From NCBI GenBank assembly GCA_020249465.1, contig JADCFP010000026.1, forward strand, positions 10,861 to 74,860: a stretch of DNA of 64,000 bases, read 5' to 3'. Numbering within the stretch: the stretch's first letter is position 1; the number at the start of each line of letters is the position of its first letter. Source of the stretch: Roseomonas sp. (GTDB lineage: Bacteria > Pseudomonadota > Alphaproteobacteria > Acetobacterales > Acetobacteraceae). Below are positions 54,096-63,465 of this stretch, in pieces. The notes below the pieces were generated by a model. That model was not told the DNA's origin. It saw only the letters and a program-made list of their open reading frames with translations, and made no database searches. The position numbers and the translations under genes are program-made.

Positions 54096-55087
54096 TGCAC
54101 CGCGGCCAAGGCATCCCGAATAATGTCGGCACCAATCTGGCCACGGAAGTTTTCATACATGGGCAGCACACCGCGCCGGAAGGCCGCCTTGTCCGGCACT
54201 TCATTGATTTGCATGCCGTGCTTTTGCAGGCTGTCGCGGAAACCAGCTGTTGCCTGTGCATTCGCGGCGCGCTGCGCGGGGGTGGCTTCAGCGGCGGCTT
54301 CGGTGACGGCGGTTTTAAGGTCAGCCGGCAGGCGATCAAAGCTGCGCTTGGAAATAAGGCAGCCGATCATGGAATAGATATGGCCGGTCAGGGACAGGAA
54401 CTTCGTGACTTCGTAGTATTTGCTCTGATCCACAATGCCGAGCGGAATTTCGAGACCATCCACCGCGCCCTGCTGCACGGCGGTGAAGGTTTCTCCCCAG
54501 GCCATGGGCACGGCATTGCCGCCCAGGCTGCGGAACATTTCGATATAGATCGGGCTTTGCAGCACGCGGAACTTGATGCCGCGCAGATCCTCGGGCCGCA
54601 CGATCGGGCGGACGTTATTGATCATGTGGCGGAAGCCGCCTTCCATATAGCCAAGCGCCAGCACGCCACGCGATTCAAGCCGCGTGCGCAGCGCCTGCCC
54701 CACCGCGCCATCCAATACGCGATGCCCTTGCGCTTCGCTGGAAAACAGGAAGGGCATGTCATTCACCTGGAAGGCGGGTTCGATCTGCGCGATCACCGCA
54801 TTGGTGATGATGCCCATATCAACGGTGCCAAGGCGCATGCCATCAAGCATTGGGCGTTCATCACCAATGGCGCGATTCGGGAAAAGCTGCACCTCCACCC
54901 GGTCTCCCACGCGCTTTTCCAGGGCCTGCTTGAAAAGCCGCGCGCCCGTTGCGTAGGGATCAAGCGCGCCATCGCCGCTGGTCCAGCCAAGGCGCAGCAC
55001 GGTCTTGCCTTGTGCGCGCAGAATGGCGGGCGCCATGCCAAGGGCGAATACGCCAGCGCCAAGCGCCCTGCGGGTGAAATGGGTCAT
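54092..55087 (-). CDS. TRAP transporter substrate-binding protein (DctP type)
   Basis: Start 55087 (GGGAGGA SD); MTHFTRRALGAGVFALGMAPAILRAQGKTVLRLGW... Confidence 0.85.
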   Translation of the reverse strand: MTHFTRRALGAGVFALGMAPAILRAQGKTVLRLGWTSGDGALDPYATGARLFKQALEKRVGDRVEVQLFPNRAIGDERPMLDGMRLGTVDMGIITNAVIAQIEPAFQVNDMPFLFSSEAQGHRVLDGAVGQALRTRLESRGVLALGYMEGGFRHMINNVRPIVRPEDLRGIKFRVLQSPIYIEMFRSLGGNAVPMAWGETFTAVQQGAVDGLEIPLGIVDQSKYYEVTKFLSLTGHIYSMIGCLISKRSFDRLPADLKTAVTEAAAEATPAQRAANAQATAGFRDSLQKHGMQINEVPDKAAFRRGVLPMYENFRGQIGADIIRDALAAVQ

Positions 55088-55175
55088 GCTTTGATCCTCC
55101 CTTGATGCCCGCGGCTCTCGGCTCGGGGCTTGTGTTGTGCAGCATAGTCCGGCCCGCGCAGCGCGCAAACCGCCA

Positions 55176-55898
55176 TCACGCGAGTGCCATCAAACGCCCA
55201 AAGCCGGGGCAGGCATCCTTCAGCCCAAGGCGGCGCAGCGCATGCCAGGCCATGACTTGATTGCTGGTCATGACCGGCAGGCCCAATTCCGCTTCCAGTG
55301 ACGCAATCAGCCCAGCGGAGCGAATGGCCGTGCAGGAAATGAAAAGCGCATCAGCGCTGGGATAGATGGCTGCGGCGCGGCGGGCCTGGGCGGCGATCTC
55401 CTCCGGCGGAATTTGCGCCATTTCGGCATTGGTATTGATACCCATCATGTCGCCGCCCATCACCGCGCAGCCGTGGGCCGCAAGGAAGGCGATCTCCCGT
55501 TCATGCACGGCGGCGATATAGGGTGTCACCAGCAGGATACGCCGTGCGCCCAAGGCGCCGAGTGCTGCCAGAATCGCATCGGCGGTCGTCACTGCCGGCA
55601 AGCCTGTCGCCTTGATCATGCGCGCTGGAATCTCGGCCGCCCGTTCAGGGGCGAAGGTGGACACCGCCGTGCAGTGAAAGCCGATCAGGCCAGGGCGCGC
55701 ATCGGCCAGCAATCCTGCCGCTTCTTCAAGCCGATCGAGCATTTTGGCCAATTCGACTTCCGAACTGCCGCGCAATTCCAGGCGCGTGATCAGCGCCACC
55801 ACACCTTCCGGCAGCATGGCATGCAATTCGGCTTCGCATATGGCATTGCCGGAGGGCACCATCAGCCCAAGCCGCGCGCGGGCGCCGTAATCAATCAT
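55176..55898 (-). CDS. Asp/Glu/hydantoin racemase-superfamily protein (maleate isomerase / arylmalonate decarboxylase-like)
   Basis: 240 aa. Two Cys-containing active-site-like blocks, IGFHCTAVS and FISCTAIRS. ATGA overlap with the upstream gene. Confidence 0.7.
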   Translation of the reverse strand: MIDYGARARLGLMVPSGNAICEAELHAMLPEGVVALITRLELRGSSEVELAKMLDRLEEAAGLLADARPGLIGFHCTAVSTFAPERAAEIPARMIKATGLPAVTTADAILAALGALGARRILLVTPYIAAVHEREIAFLAAHGCAVMGGDMMGINTNAEMAQIPPEEIAAQARRAAAIYPSADALFISCTAIRSAGLIASLEAELGLPVMTSNQVMAWHALRRLGLKDACPGFGRLMALA

Positions 55899-56800
55899 CG
55901 GAGTGAGGCCCGCGCTTCGGCGAGCCAGCTTCGGTCTATGTAATCCTCGGCCCTCGTGCGCGCGCGGGCCGGCAAATCGCGGATCAGGGCGCTGGTTTCG
56001 ATCAGCGCCTGCACGCCAGCTGCACTTGCTTCCGCATCGCGTGGGAAGATCGCATCGCGCGTGTATTCCACCCAGGCAAGGTCAGCGTAGCGCGCCTCGA
56101 TCCCCGTTTCACGCATCGCGACTTCCCGCGCGAAGGCTTGGTCGGTGTAGAATTTCTCATGCGCGCGGAGAAAACCGCGCAGGAAGCGCAGCAGCAGGTC
56201 GCGATTGGCCCGCGCCCAGCGCAAATCCACATCCAGACTGGTGAATTGGAAATCCGGCACTTCATCGCGCGGTTCGCACAAGGATACAAAGCCCAGATCA
56301 AGCGCAATGTGATTGAGCGGCGCGCCCTGCAACCCTGCATCAATTTCCCCTTGGCGCAGCATATCCCACCGCGCCAGGATCGGACCGCACGGCACCAATT
56401 CGAAATCGTCCGGCCAATGCAGCCCGCGGGTCGCCAGTAGTCGCATGATCAGCGAAGAACTGCCGGCACGCAGCGATGACACGCCAATCTTCTTGCCACG
56501 CAAATCTTCAAACCGCGTCAGGCCAGGCCGGGCGATAAAGGAAAACGGCAGGCGATTGACGTTCCCGCCAATGATCGCCTGATGCCCACCCGCTTCGGCA
56601 TCCAGAATGACGTGCTCGGTGACGCCATAGGCAAGCTGCGCGCGGCCATCGCGGATGCGTTCATTCACCTCCTCAATGCCTTCGATGTGGTCAATCTGCA
56701 GCGCGATCCCTTCCGCCGCGAAAAGCCCGGCATGCAGGCCGATCCAGGCCGGCAGATTGAAGTAATTGCGAGAGACGACAACAAGCGTCAGCGGGTCCAT
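55895..56800 (-). CDS. NMT1/THI5-like periplasmic-binding-fold protein without a signal peptide
   Basis: Start 56800 (AAGGAAC SD). MDPLTLVVVSRNYFNLPAWIGLHAGLFAAEGIALQI... has no hydrophobic leader. No ABC permease or ATPase nearby. Confidence 0.65.
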   Translation of the reverse strand: MDPLTLVVVSRNYFNLPAWIGLHAGLFAAEGIALQIDHIEGIEEVNERIRDGRAQLAYGVTEHVILDAEAGGHQAIIGGNVNRLPFSFIARPGLTRFEDLRGKKIGVSSLRAGSSSLIMRLLATRGLHWPDDFELVPCGPILARWDMLRQGEIDAGLQGAPLNHIALDLGFVSLCEPRDEVPDFQFTSLDVDLRWARANRDLLLRFLRGFLRAHEKFYTDQAFAREVAMRETGIEARYADLAWVEYTRDAIFPRDAEASAAGVQALIETSALIRDLPARARTRAEDYIDRSWLAEARASLR

Positions 56801-56889
56801 GGCCGGTTCCTTGGGTTTCGCCGCCACCATGGGCGGGGGCTGGGCGGATCGGCAAGCCCTGGCTTGTTCCAAGGGCGCCGCGCGACCAT

Positions 56890-57171
56890 GTGGCCGGCAT
56901 GGTTATTCTGCGTCCATCTCTGCCGCGCAAAATCATGGGCTGGGCCATGCTGGCACTTGGCGTGCTCGGCCTTGTGCTGCCTTTCCTGCAAGGCTTCCTG
57001 TTCCTGGCCTATGGTGTCTTCACGCTGCGGGACCAGCATATCTGGGCTGCGCGCCGCTGGGCCTGGGTTGCCGGGCGCTGGCCAGATATGGTCGGCAAAC
57101 TGGAAGCCATGGAACTGCGGATGCTGATACGCATGCGCCATTTTGCCACGCGCCTCAGGCTGCGCAGTTAG
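56890..57171 (+). CDS. Small integral membrane protein (YbaN/DUF454- or PGPGW-like)
   Basis: 93 aa; GWAMLALGVLGLVLPFLQGFLFLAYGVFTL hydrophobic hairpin. Coding-like codon usage. Family assignment weak. Confidence 0.45.
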   Translation: MAGMVILRPSLPRKIMGWAMLALGVLGLVLPFLQGFLFLAYGVFTLRDQHIWAARRWAWVAGRWPDMVGKLEAMELRMLIRMRHFATRLRLRS

Positions 57172-57215
57172 GCCGCGCTCTGGCCACCCAGGCAGGGTCG
57201 GCTTAAGGGCCTACC

Positions 57216-57578
57216 ATGCATCGTCTTTGGCTGATCACCGGCGCCTTGGCCGGGCTTGTCGCGGTTGGGCTTTCCGCCTGGGCGGCGCATGGGCTGCCCG
57301 CCCGGTTGGACCCGGCGCGCATGGCCGCCGTGCAAAACGCGCTGACCATGCAGGGCTGGCATGCGCTTGCCCTGCTGATTGCCGGGCTGATGGCCGAAAG
57401 GGGCCGCCGCCTTGCCCATTTCGCCGCCGCCGCCTTCCTGGCCGGCATCACCCTGTTCTGTGGCGCGGTCTGGGCCGGCGTGCTGAGCGGCCAATCGCTC
57501 GGCCCCACCGCACCGGCGGGGGGGATGCTGCTGATGCTGGGCTGGGCCTTGCTGGCGCTCGCGGCGGCAAGACGGTGA
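57216..57578 (+). CDS. DUF423 (YgdD/TMEM256-like) membrane protein
   Basis: 120 aa; MHRLWLITGALAGLVAVGLSAWAAHGL... is a typical DUF423 start. Confidence 0.8.
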   Translation: MHRLWLITGALAGLVAVGLSAWAAHGLPARLDPARMAAVQNALTMQGWHALALLIAGLMAERGRRLAHFAAAAFLAGITLFCGAVWAGVLSGQSLGPTAPAGGMLLMLGWALLALAAARR

Positions 57579-58486
57579 TCCGCGCGGCCTACCTCGCCGC
57601 CGAGGGGTTTGAGGCGGAATTGGCCGAAGAACTCCGCCTATCTGGTCGGCGCTTGGCGGCCTGGCATGGTCGGCTCGCATTGTCGCCCGATCCGCCGGCT
57701 CCGGCGATCTGGGCCTTGGATATCTGGACCGACCCGCGCGAATTGCCTGCCCCTTCGGTGAAGGCCGCCGCCGATGCCTTGCGCGCCATCCAGCGCAATT
57801 GGTCTCATCTGCCGCTGTTGCATCATCGCCGAAGCACGCTGATCGCCGAACGCCTGCCGCCGGTGAAGGCGCGCCCTTTGGTCTTCCCGGAACCCGCGCC
57901 AAACGCCCCCTTGGGTGCCTGGACGCTGCTGGCGCCGGATCGGCTGCTCGCCAGCCCCAGCAAGACCAGCCCCTTCGTGAATGGCGAACCCCGCTTCGTG
58001 GAGGACAAAGCCGGCCCGCCATCCCGCGCCTATCTTAAGTTGTGGGAGGGCCTGACCCGGCTTGGCCGCCATCCCGGCCCTGGCGACCGTTGCCTTGATC
58101 TTGGCGCCTCCCCCGGTGGCTGGACCTGGGTGATTGCCCGCCTGGGTGCCGAGGTGACGGCGGTGGATAAGGCGCCGCTTGACCCGGCCATTGCTGCCCT
58201 CCCCGGCGTTAATTTCCGCCCAGAGAGCGCTTTTGCCCTGGACCCCCGGCAAGAATCGCCGGTCACCTGGCTGTTCAGTGATGTCATTTGTTACCCGGCG
58301 CGGCTTTTGGGCCTGGTGCGGCGCTGGATTGAGGCCGAAAAGGCCGACAATATTTTCTGCACCATCAAATTTCAGGGCGAAACCGACCACGCCATCATCG
58401 CAGAATTTCAGCAAATTCAAGGCTCTATTCTATTTCACTCAAGCCAGAACAAGCATGAAGTGACCTTCGCGCGCCTCGCGCCCTGA
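57575..58486 (+). CDS. rlmM: RlmM-like SAM-dependent 2'-O-ribose rRNA methyltransferase (FtsJ fold)
   Basis: The track ORF 57143-58486 is over-extended. The GTG at 57575 overlaps the DUF423 stop (GTGA). ...CLDLGASPGGWTWVIARLGAEVTAVDKAPL...LFSDVICYPARLL... Confidence 0.65.
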   Translation: MIRAAYLAAEGFEAELAEELRLSGRRLAAWHGRLALSPDPPAPAIWALDIWTDPRELPAPSVKAAADALRAIQRNWSHLPLLHHRRSTLIAERLPPVKARPLVFPEPAPNAPLGAWTLLAPDRLLASPSKTSPFVNGEPRFVEDKAGPPSRAYLKLWEGLTRLGRHPGPGDRCLDLGASPGGWTWVIARLGAEVTAVDKAPLDPAIAALPGVNFRPESAFALDPRQESPVTWLFSDVICYPARLLGLVRRWIEAEKADNIFCTIKFQGETDHAIIAEFQQIQGSILFHSSQNKHEVTFARLAP

Positions 58487-58536
58487 ATTTTTGGCGACCT
58501 CGCGGAAAAGCTGGCACGGCGTCTGCAATAGCCCTG

Positions 58537-58896
58537 ATGTACCAAAACGGTGCCGTCGGCCAAAGCGCCGACGCCAACCAAAACGGGGTTGTGACGATGT
58601 CGGTGGTTTCGGAAAAGTCTTTGACAGCTCCTCAGGAGATCCGAGCCCGCCGCATGCAGAGCACGCAAGACGCGGCTCGGCTTGACGTCGCAGGGGGGCG
58701 AAAAGAATTCGCGCCCATGCTGCAAGAATTGCGGCAAAGCCCGGCAAGAATTGCCGGTCCGGGGACACCCACGGGCAACACGCTCGCTGCCATGCTCCAG
58801 CGGATCGATACGGACCAAGATGGTCGCATCTCTCCGCTGGAGCTGAGGGCTTCAGCGAAACGCGCCTATCAGGTGCCGGAACGGGCCAAGGCCTGA
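58537..58896 (+). CDS. Small hypothetical protein with a single canonical EF-hand loop
   Basis: 119-aa ORF. DTDQDGRISPLEL fits D-x-D-x-D-G-x-I-x-x-x-E. No signal peptide seen. Start uncertain (alternative ATG 58597). Confidence 0.4.
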   Translation: MYQNGAVGQSADANQNGVVTMSVVSEKSLTAPQEIRARRMQSTQDAARLDVAGGRKEFAPMLQELRQSPARIAGPGTPTGNTLAAMLQRIDTDQDGRISPLELRASAKRAYQVPERAKA

Positions 58897-58935
58897 AGCT
58901 TTCGCCGCGCGCTGGCCTGACCCTATAAAGGGGGC

Positions 58936-59784
58936 ATGTCGCAAGCTGAGACGGCCCAATTCGGCGCTACCGCCATTATCATGCGCGTGCTGCGGGCTTC
59001 CGCTTCCGACCGCATTGCCCTGACCAGCGCAGGTTGCGCCTTCTACGCCATGCTGGCGCTATTTCCCGGCATTTTCCTGCTGATTTCGCTCTATGGCATG
59101 GTCTTCGACGCGGCGGCGGTGGAGCCGCAGCTTGAAGTGCTGCGCGAATTGGTCCCCGAAGACACCTTTGAGATGATCGCGACCCGCGTGCATGATTTGG
59201 TTGAAGCGCCGCGCCCGCGCCTGGAATGGAGCGCGATCCTGAGCGCCGCCATCGCGATCTGGAGTGCCTCGGCCGGCACGCGCGCGACCATTGGCGCGCT
59301 GAATATGGCGCATGATGTGGAAGAAACGCGGCCCTTTTTTCGCTACCATGCGCTGGCGATTGGGCTGACACTGGCGGCAACCATTGCCGCGGTGATTGCG
59401 ATAGCGGCACTGGTCGCCTTGCCCGGCATTCTGGCGCTGTTTGGCCTGCCAGCGCTCCGTGCCCTGTCATTGCGCGGGCTTTCGCTGCTGACGCTGTTGC
59501 TGCTGGTGGGGCTTTCACTGCTGGCGGTGTATCGGCTGGGGCCGGCATCGCGGCGGCTGCCGATCCGGCGCATCCTGCCCGGCGTTGTCATGGCAACGCT
59601 GCTTTGGGCCTTGGGGTCGGCGGCCTTCAGCCTTTATGTCTCCGACTTCGCGACTTATGACGCCATGTATGGGCCACTTGGTGCCACGGTTGGCCTGCTG
59701 ATGTGGTTCTATGTCAGCGTTTATGTCGTGCTGCTCGGCGCTGAATTGAATGTGGCGCTGGCAAGCCGCGCGGGCATGTGGTGA
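58936..59784 (+). CDS. YihY/BrkB-family membrane protein
   Basis: 282 aa; ...LTSAGCAFYAMLALFPGIFLLISLYG... is typical of the YihY family. Confidence 0.8.
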   Translation: MSQAETAQFGATAIIMRVLRASASDRIALTSAGCAFYAMLALFPGIFLLISLYGMVFDAAAVEPQLEVLRELVPEDTFEMIATRVHDLVEAPRPRLEWSAILSAAIAIWSASAGTRATIGALNMAHDVEETRPFFRYHALAIGLTLAATIAAVIAIAALVALPGILALFGLPALRALSLRGLSLLTLLLLVGLSLLAVYRLGPASRRLPIRRILPGVVMATLLWALGSAAFSLYVSDFATYDAMYGPLGATVGLLMWFYVSVYVVLLGAELNVALASRAGMW

Positions 59785-59826
59785 CAGCAGCGCAGCGCCG
59801 GGCCAGAGTCGGCGCGGAGGCCCCGC

Positions 59827-60915
59827 ATGACCCAAACCACCATTAGCGCGATTGCCATTCACTGCGTGGATGCGCCGATTGATCCGCCACTACGTAACAG
59901 CCTGAATGTCATTCCCCGCGCGCCCTTGGTGATTGCGGAAGTCACCACGAGCGATGGTGTTACCGGTACCGCCTATGTCTTTCCCTATACGCGCGCTGCA
60001 TTGGGGCCGACCGCGTCACTCGCGCGTTCAATTGGGGAAGGGCTGATTGGGCGGCCCTTGGCGCCGAATTCGCTCTGGCGCCAATTGCATGACGGGTTTC
60101 GCATTCTGGGCAGTGAGGGCCTGGTGCAGATTGCGCTTTCGCTTGTGGATATGGCGCTTTGGGATGCGCTTGCCCGCCGCGCTGGCCTGCCGCTTTACGC
60201 CATGCTGGGCGCCGAGGCGCGGCCCATGCCGATTTATGCCTCGCTCCGCGGTTGGGGGCCGGCGATGCTGGCGGAAGAAGCCGGCCAGGCGGTGGCGCGG
60301 CTTGGCGCGCGGGCGGTGAAATTCAAACTCGGCCATCCACGGCTGGAAGATGATCTGGCGACGGTGCGCGCGGTGCGCGGCGTGGTGGGTGATGATGTCG
60401 CGATTTTCGTGGATTATAATCAGGCGTTGACGTTGCCGGAAGCGGAACGGCGCGGGCGCGCGTTGCAGGCGCTTGATGTGCGCTGGCTGGAAGAACCGCT
60501 GCCGGTGCAGGATGATGCGGGAATGGCGGCACTTGCCGCGCGGCTCGATCTGCCGATCCAGGGTGGGGAGAATTGGTGGGGCCCCGCTGGCATGCAGCGC
60601 GCCTTGGCCGCTGGCGCCTGCGATTTCTGCATGCCGGATGCGATGAAGATTGGCGGTGTGACAGGATGGCTCCGCGCCGCTGCCATGGCGGCAGCGCATC
60701 GTATCCCGATGTCATCGCATATCTTTGTCGAAGTCAGCGCGCATTTGCTGCAAGCGACCCCCACCGCGCATTATCTGGAACATCTGGATATCGCCGCCCC
60801 CTTGCTGCGCCAGCCCTTGGCGGTGCGGGATGGCATGGCGCTGGTGCCAGATGCGCCCGGGATCGGGCTTGACTGGGATGCGGCGGCGCTGCGTCATTTC
60901 CAGGTTGATTCGTGA
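59827..60915 (+). CDS. Enolase-superfamily enzyme (mandelate racemase/muconate lactonizing family)
   Basis: 362 aa; ...AVKFKLG..., ...FVDYNQA..., ...WLEEP..., ...DAMKIGG.... Confidence 0.85.
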   Translation: MTQTTISAIAIHCVDAPIDPPLRNSLNVIPRAPLVIAEVTTSDGVTGTAYVFPYTRAALGPTASLARSIGEGLIGRPLAPNSLWRQLHDGFRILGSEGLVQIALSLVDMALWDALARRAGLPLYAMLGAEARPMPIYASLRGWGPAMLAEEAGQAVARLGARAVKFKLGHPRLEDDLATVRAVRGVVGDDVAIFVDYNQALTLPEAERRGRALQALDVRWLEEPLPVQDDAGMAALAARLDLPIQGGENWWGPAGMQRALAAGACDFCMPDAMKIGGVTGWLRAAAMAAAHRIPMSSHIFVEVSAHLLQATPTAHYLEHLDIAAPLLRQPLAVRDGMALVPDAPGIGLDWDAAALRHFQVDS

Positions 60916-60937
60916 TCCTACGCTGAAAGGCCCTTCC

Positions 60938-61858
60938 ATGCGTGCTGCCTTTATTGATGCCAATGCCTCACTCGCTGCCGTGATGCGCAAGCTTCATCGC
61001 GCGGATGATCTGCCGATGGCTATTCACGAAACGCCCGATATTACGCCGGATGATCTGCCTGGCGTGCTGCGGGGCGTGCAGATCATGATCAATGACCATA
61101 CGCATTGCCCGCTGGCGGTGATCAAGCGCTGCCCGGATTTGAAACATATCGTCTTCCTCGGCACCGGCGCGCGTTCCTATATGAACCCTGAGGAATTGGA
61201 TGCCGCATGCGGCGTGAAGGTGCATATCATCAAGGGCTATGGCGATACCGCAGTGGCCGAGATGGCCTTCGCGCTGATGTGGGGCGCGGCGCGGGGCCTC
61301 GGCAATATGCATCACGCGATCATCGGTGGTGGCTGGCCGCGCACCGATGGCATGCAGCTTACCGGCAAGACGATCGGGCTGATTGGCTTTGGCGGAATCG
61401 CGGCCGAAATGGCGCGGCTGTGTCAGGGCATTGGCATGCGCGTATTGGCCTGGAACCGCAGTGCCAAATCAGTGCCTGGGGTTGAGTTTGTTGATCTGGA
61501 CAGGCTTTTGGCGGAAAGCCATGTCGTCAGCCTGCATCTTTTGCTGAATGATGAAACGCGCGGCTTCCTCTCTCGCGCGCATATCGCCCGCATGCAGAAG
61601 GGTGCGCTGCTGATCAATACCGCGCGAGGGGCCGTGCTGGATGAGGATGCGCTGGTGGAAGCACTCGCTTCCGGCCATTTGGGCGGTGCGGGGCTGGATG
61701 TTTTTGTGGCCGAGCCTCTGCCCGCGGGCCATGCGCTGACGAAATTATCCAATGTGACGCTTTCGACCCATTCCGCCTTCCGCACGCCGGAGGCGACGGA
61801 TAATCTGATCGAAGCGTCACTGGAACATTGCCGGCGTATTTTGCGGCAAGGTTCCTGA
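60938..61858 (+). CDS. D-isomer-specific 2-hydroxyacid dehydrogenase
   Basis: The track ORF 60725-61858 is over-extended into the upstream gene. Start MRAAFIDA...; GKTIGLIGFGGIAAEMA; ...NTARGAVLDE...DVF..EPLP... Confidence 0.8.
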   Translation: MRAAFIDANASLAAVMRKLHRADDLPMAIHETPDITPDDLPGVLRGVQIMINDHTHCPLAVIKRCPDLKHIVFLGTGARSYMNPEELDAACGVKVHIIKGYGDTAVAEMAFALMWGAARGLGNMHHAIIGGGWPRTDGMQLTGKTIGLIGFGGIAAEMARLCQGIGMRVLAWNRSAKSVPGVEFVDLDRLLAESHVVSLHLLLNDETRGFLSRAHIARMQKGALLINTARGAVLDEDALVEALASGHLGGAGLDVFVAEPLPAGHALTKLSNVTLSTHSAFRTPEATDNLIEASLEHCRRILRQGS

Positions 61859-61865
61859 ACCCTAC

Positions 61866-62753
61866 TTACGCTGCCTGGGCAAGCGTCGGCGCGCTATCCG
61901 CCACCGTTGTGCGATGCAGATCGCGCGGCTTATCGGCCGGGTAGCGCCGTGCGCGATGCATGGTCACGCGGTTATCCCACATCACCAGATCATGCGCGCG
62001 CCAGACATGGGCATGGACGAATTCGCGCTGGGTTGCGTGTTCCGTCAGGTCACGCAGCATGGCGCGCGCTTCGGGCACCGGCATCCCATGAATCTGCCCG
62101 GCATGGGCTGAAAGAAACAGCGAAAGCCGCCCGGTCTTGGGATGGCGGCGCACCAGGCGTTGCGGCACCGGCGCCCATCTTTGGCGTTCTTCTTCCGTGA
62201 AATCGGTGAAGCCCAGAATCCCGCGCGAGAAGATTTGGCTGTGATCCGTGATCATCTCTCGGATTTCCGCTTTCATCGCTGTGTCAAGCGCATCCCAGGC
62301 AGCGCGCATATCGGCGAATTCCGTATTGCCGCCCTCACCGGGGATCACACGTGCCGAGAGCAGGGAGTATTTCGCCGGCGTCGCCTTGAAGGATGAATCG
62401 CTATGCCAGAGCATATTGCCGAGACTGAACAAGCGCCGCCGGTCATCGCGCGCCAGCACATTGGAATTCTTGTCGAGGTTGGAGATGTCATTCACCTCCA
62501 TTGAAAGGCGCCGATCGGCGGCCTTGGCGATATCGCCGGTGGCCGTTTCCAGTGGGCCGAAATGGCGGCTGAAGGCCAATTGCTGTTCGTCATTGATGTC
62601 CTGGCCGTGGAAGACCAGCACGCCAAACTTATCCATGCCGGCATCAATGGCGGCGGCCTCGGCAGCGCTGACGGGGTTTTTCAGATCAATGCCGGCAACC
62701 ACGCCGACAAAATCGGGCCGCGCCGGATTGGCGGGGGTGATCGAGACACTCAT
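61866..62753 (-). CDS. TauD/TfdA-family Fe(II)/2-oxoglutarate dioxygenase
   Basis: The track ORF is over-extended (antisense to recX). Start 62753 (AGGAGGAA SD). MSVSITPANPARPDFVGVVAGIDL...; LWHSDSSF HxD motif. Confidence 0.85.
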   Translation of the reverse strand: MSVSITPANPARPDFVGVVAGIDLKNPVSAAEAAAIDAGMDKFGVLVFHGQDINDEQQLAFSRHFGPLETATGDIAKAADRRLSMEVNDISNLDKNSNVLARDDRRRLFSLGNMLWHSDSSFKATPAKYSLLSARVIPGEGGNTEFADMRAAWDALDTAMKAEIREMITDHSQIFSRGILGFTDFTEEERQRWAPVPQRLVRRHPKTGRLSLFLSAHAGQIHGMPVPEARAMLRDLTEHATQREFVHAHVWRAHDLVMWDNRVTMHRARRYPADKPRDLHRTTVADSAPTLAQAA

Positions 62754-62862
62754 GGGTTCCTCCTGTAGCGCCTTGCAGGCGCCTTTGACCCGGAGCATAG
62801 CGCGGAAATCGCCGCTTTGAAGCGGTTTGTGCGGCGCGGCCTGTCCATGCCAGAAAGCGGCC

Positions 62863-63465
62863 ATGTCCGATGCCCCGAGCCGCCCCCGCCGCGCCGCCGG
62901 CCCGCCGCCCAATGCGGCGCGGCTCAGGGAAGCGGCGCTCGCCCATCTGGCGCGCTTTGCCGCGACCGAGGCGGGCCTGAAGCGCGTTTTGGAACGCCGC
63001 ATCGCCCGCTGGGCCCGCGCTGCGGAGGCTGAGGGCCAGCCGCGGGAGGCGATTGCCGCCAGTGCCGTCGCGCTAACGGCGGAGATTGCCGGCATTGCAC
63101 AAAGCCTGGTGGCCGCCGGCGCGGTGAATGATGCCGCCTTTGCCGAAAGCCGCGCCCGGCGGCTCGCGCGATCCGGCCATTCCCGCCGCGCCATCGCCGC
63201 GCATCTCGCCGCCAAGGGGATTGAAACTGAGACCGCCGCCGCTGCCCTGCCGGAAGGCGAGGAGACTGAGCTTCTGGCCGCCATCGCCTTCTGCCGTCGC
63301 CGCCGAATTGGCCCCTTTGCACGCGTGACCCCTGATGCGCCGGCGCGCATGAAGGCGCTGGCCGCGCTGGCGCGTGGTGGCTTTGCCCAAGGGGTTGCGC
63401 GCCGCGCCCTGGCGATGGAACCGGATCAGGCCGAGGACATGCTGCTGGCAGGTCGGCGCGCATGA
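62863..63465 (+). CDS. recX: RecX-family regulatory protein
   Basis: Start moved to MSDAPSRPRR... Repeated helical modules ...REAALAHLARFAATEAGLKRVLERR..., ...AFAESRARRLARSGHSRRAIAAHLAAKGI... Confidence 0.7.
   Translation: MSDAPSRPRRAAGPPPNAARLREAALAHLARFAATEAGLKRVLERRIARWARAAEAEGQPREAIAASAVALTAEIAGIAQSLVAAGAVNDAAFAESRARRLARSGHSRRAIAAHLAAKGIETETAAAALPEGEETELLAAIAFCRRRRIGPFARVTPDAPARMKALAALARGGFAQGVARRALAMEPDQAEDMLLAGRRA

Noticed and set aside
62754-62862. Possible SOS (LexA) box upstream of recX.
   Set aside because: No GTTC-N7-GTTC or GAAC-N7-GAAC alphaproteobacterial SOS motif, and no CTGT-N8-ACAG motif, is present in the spacer.
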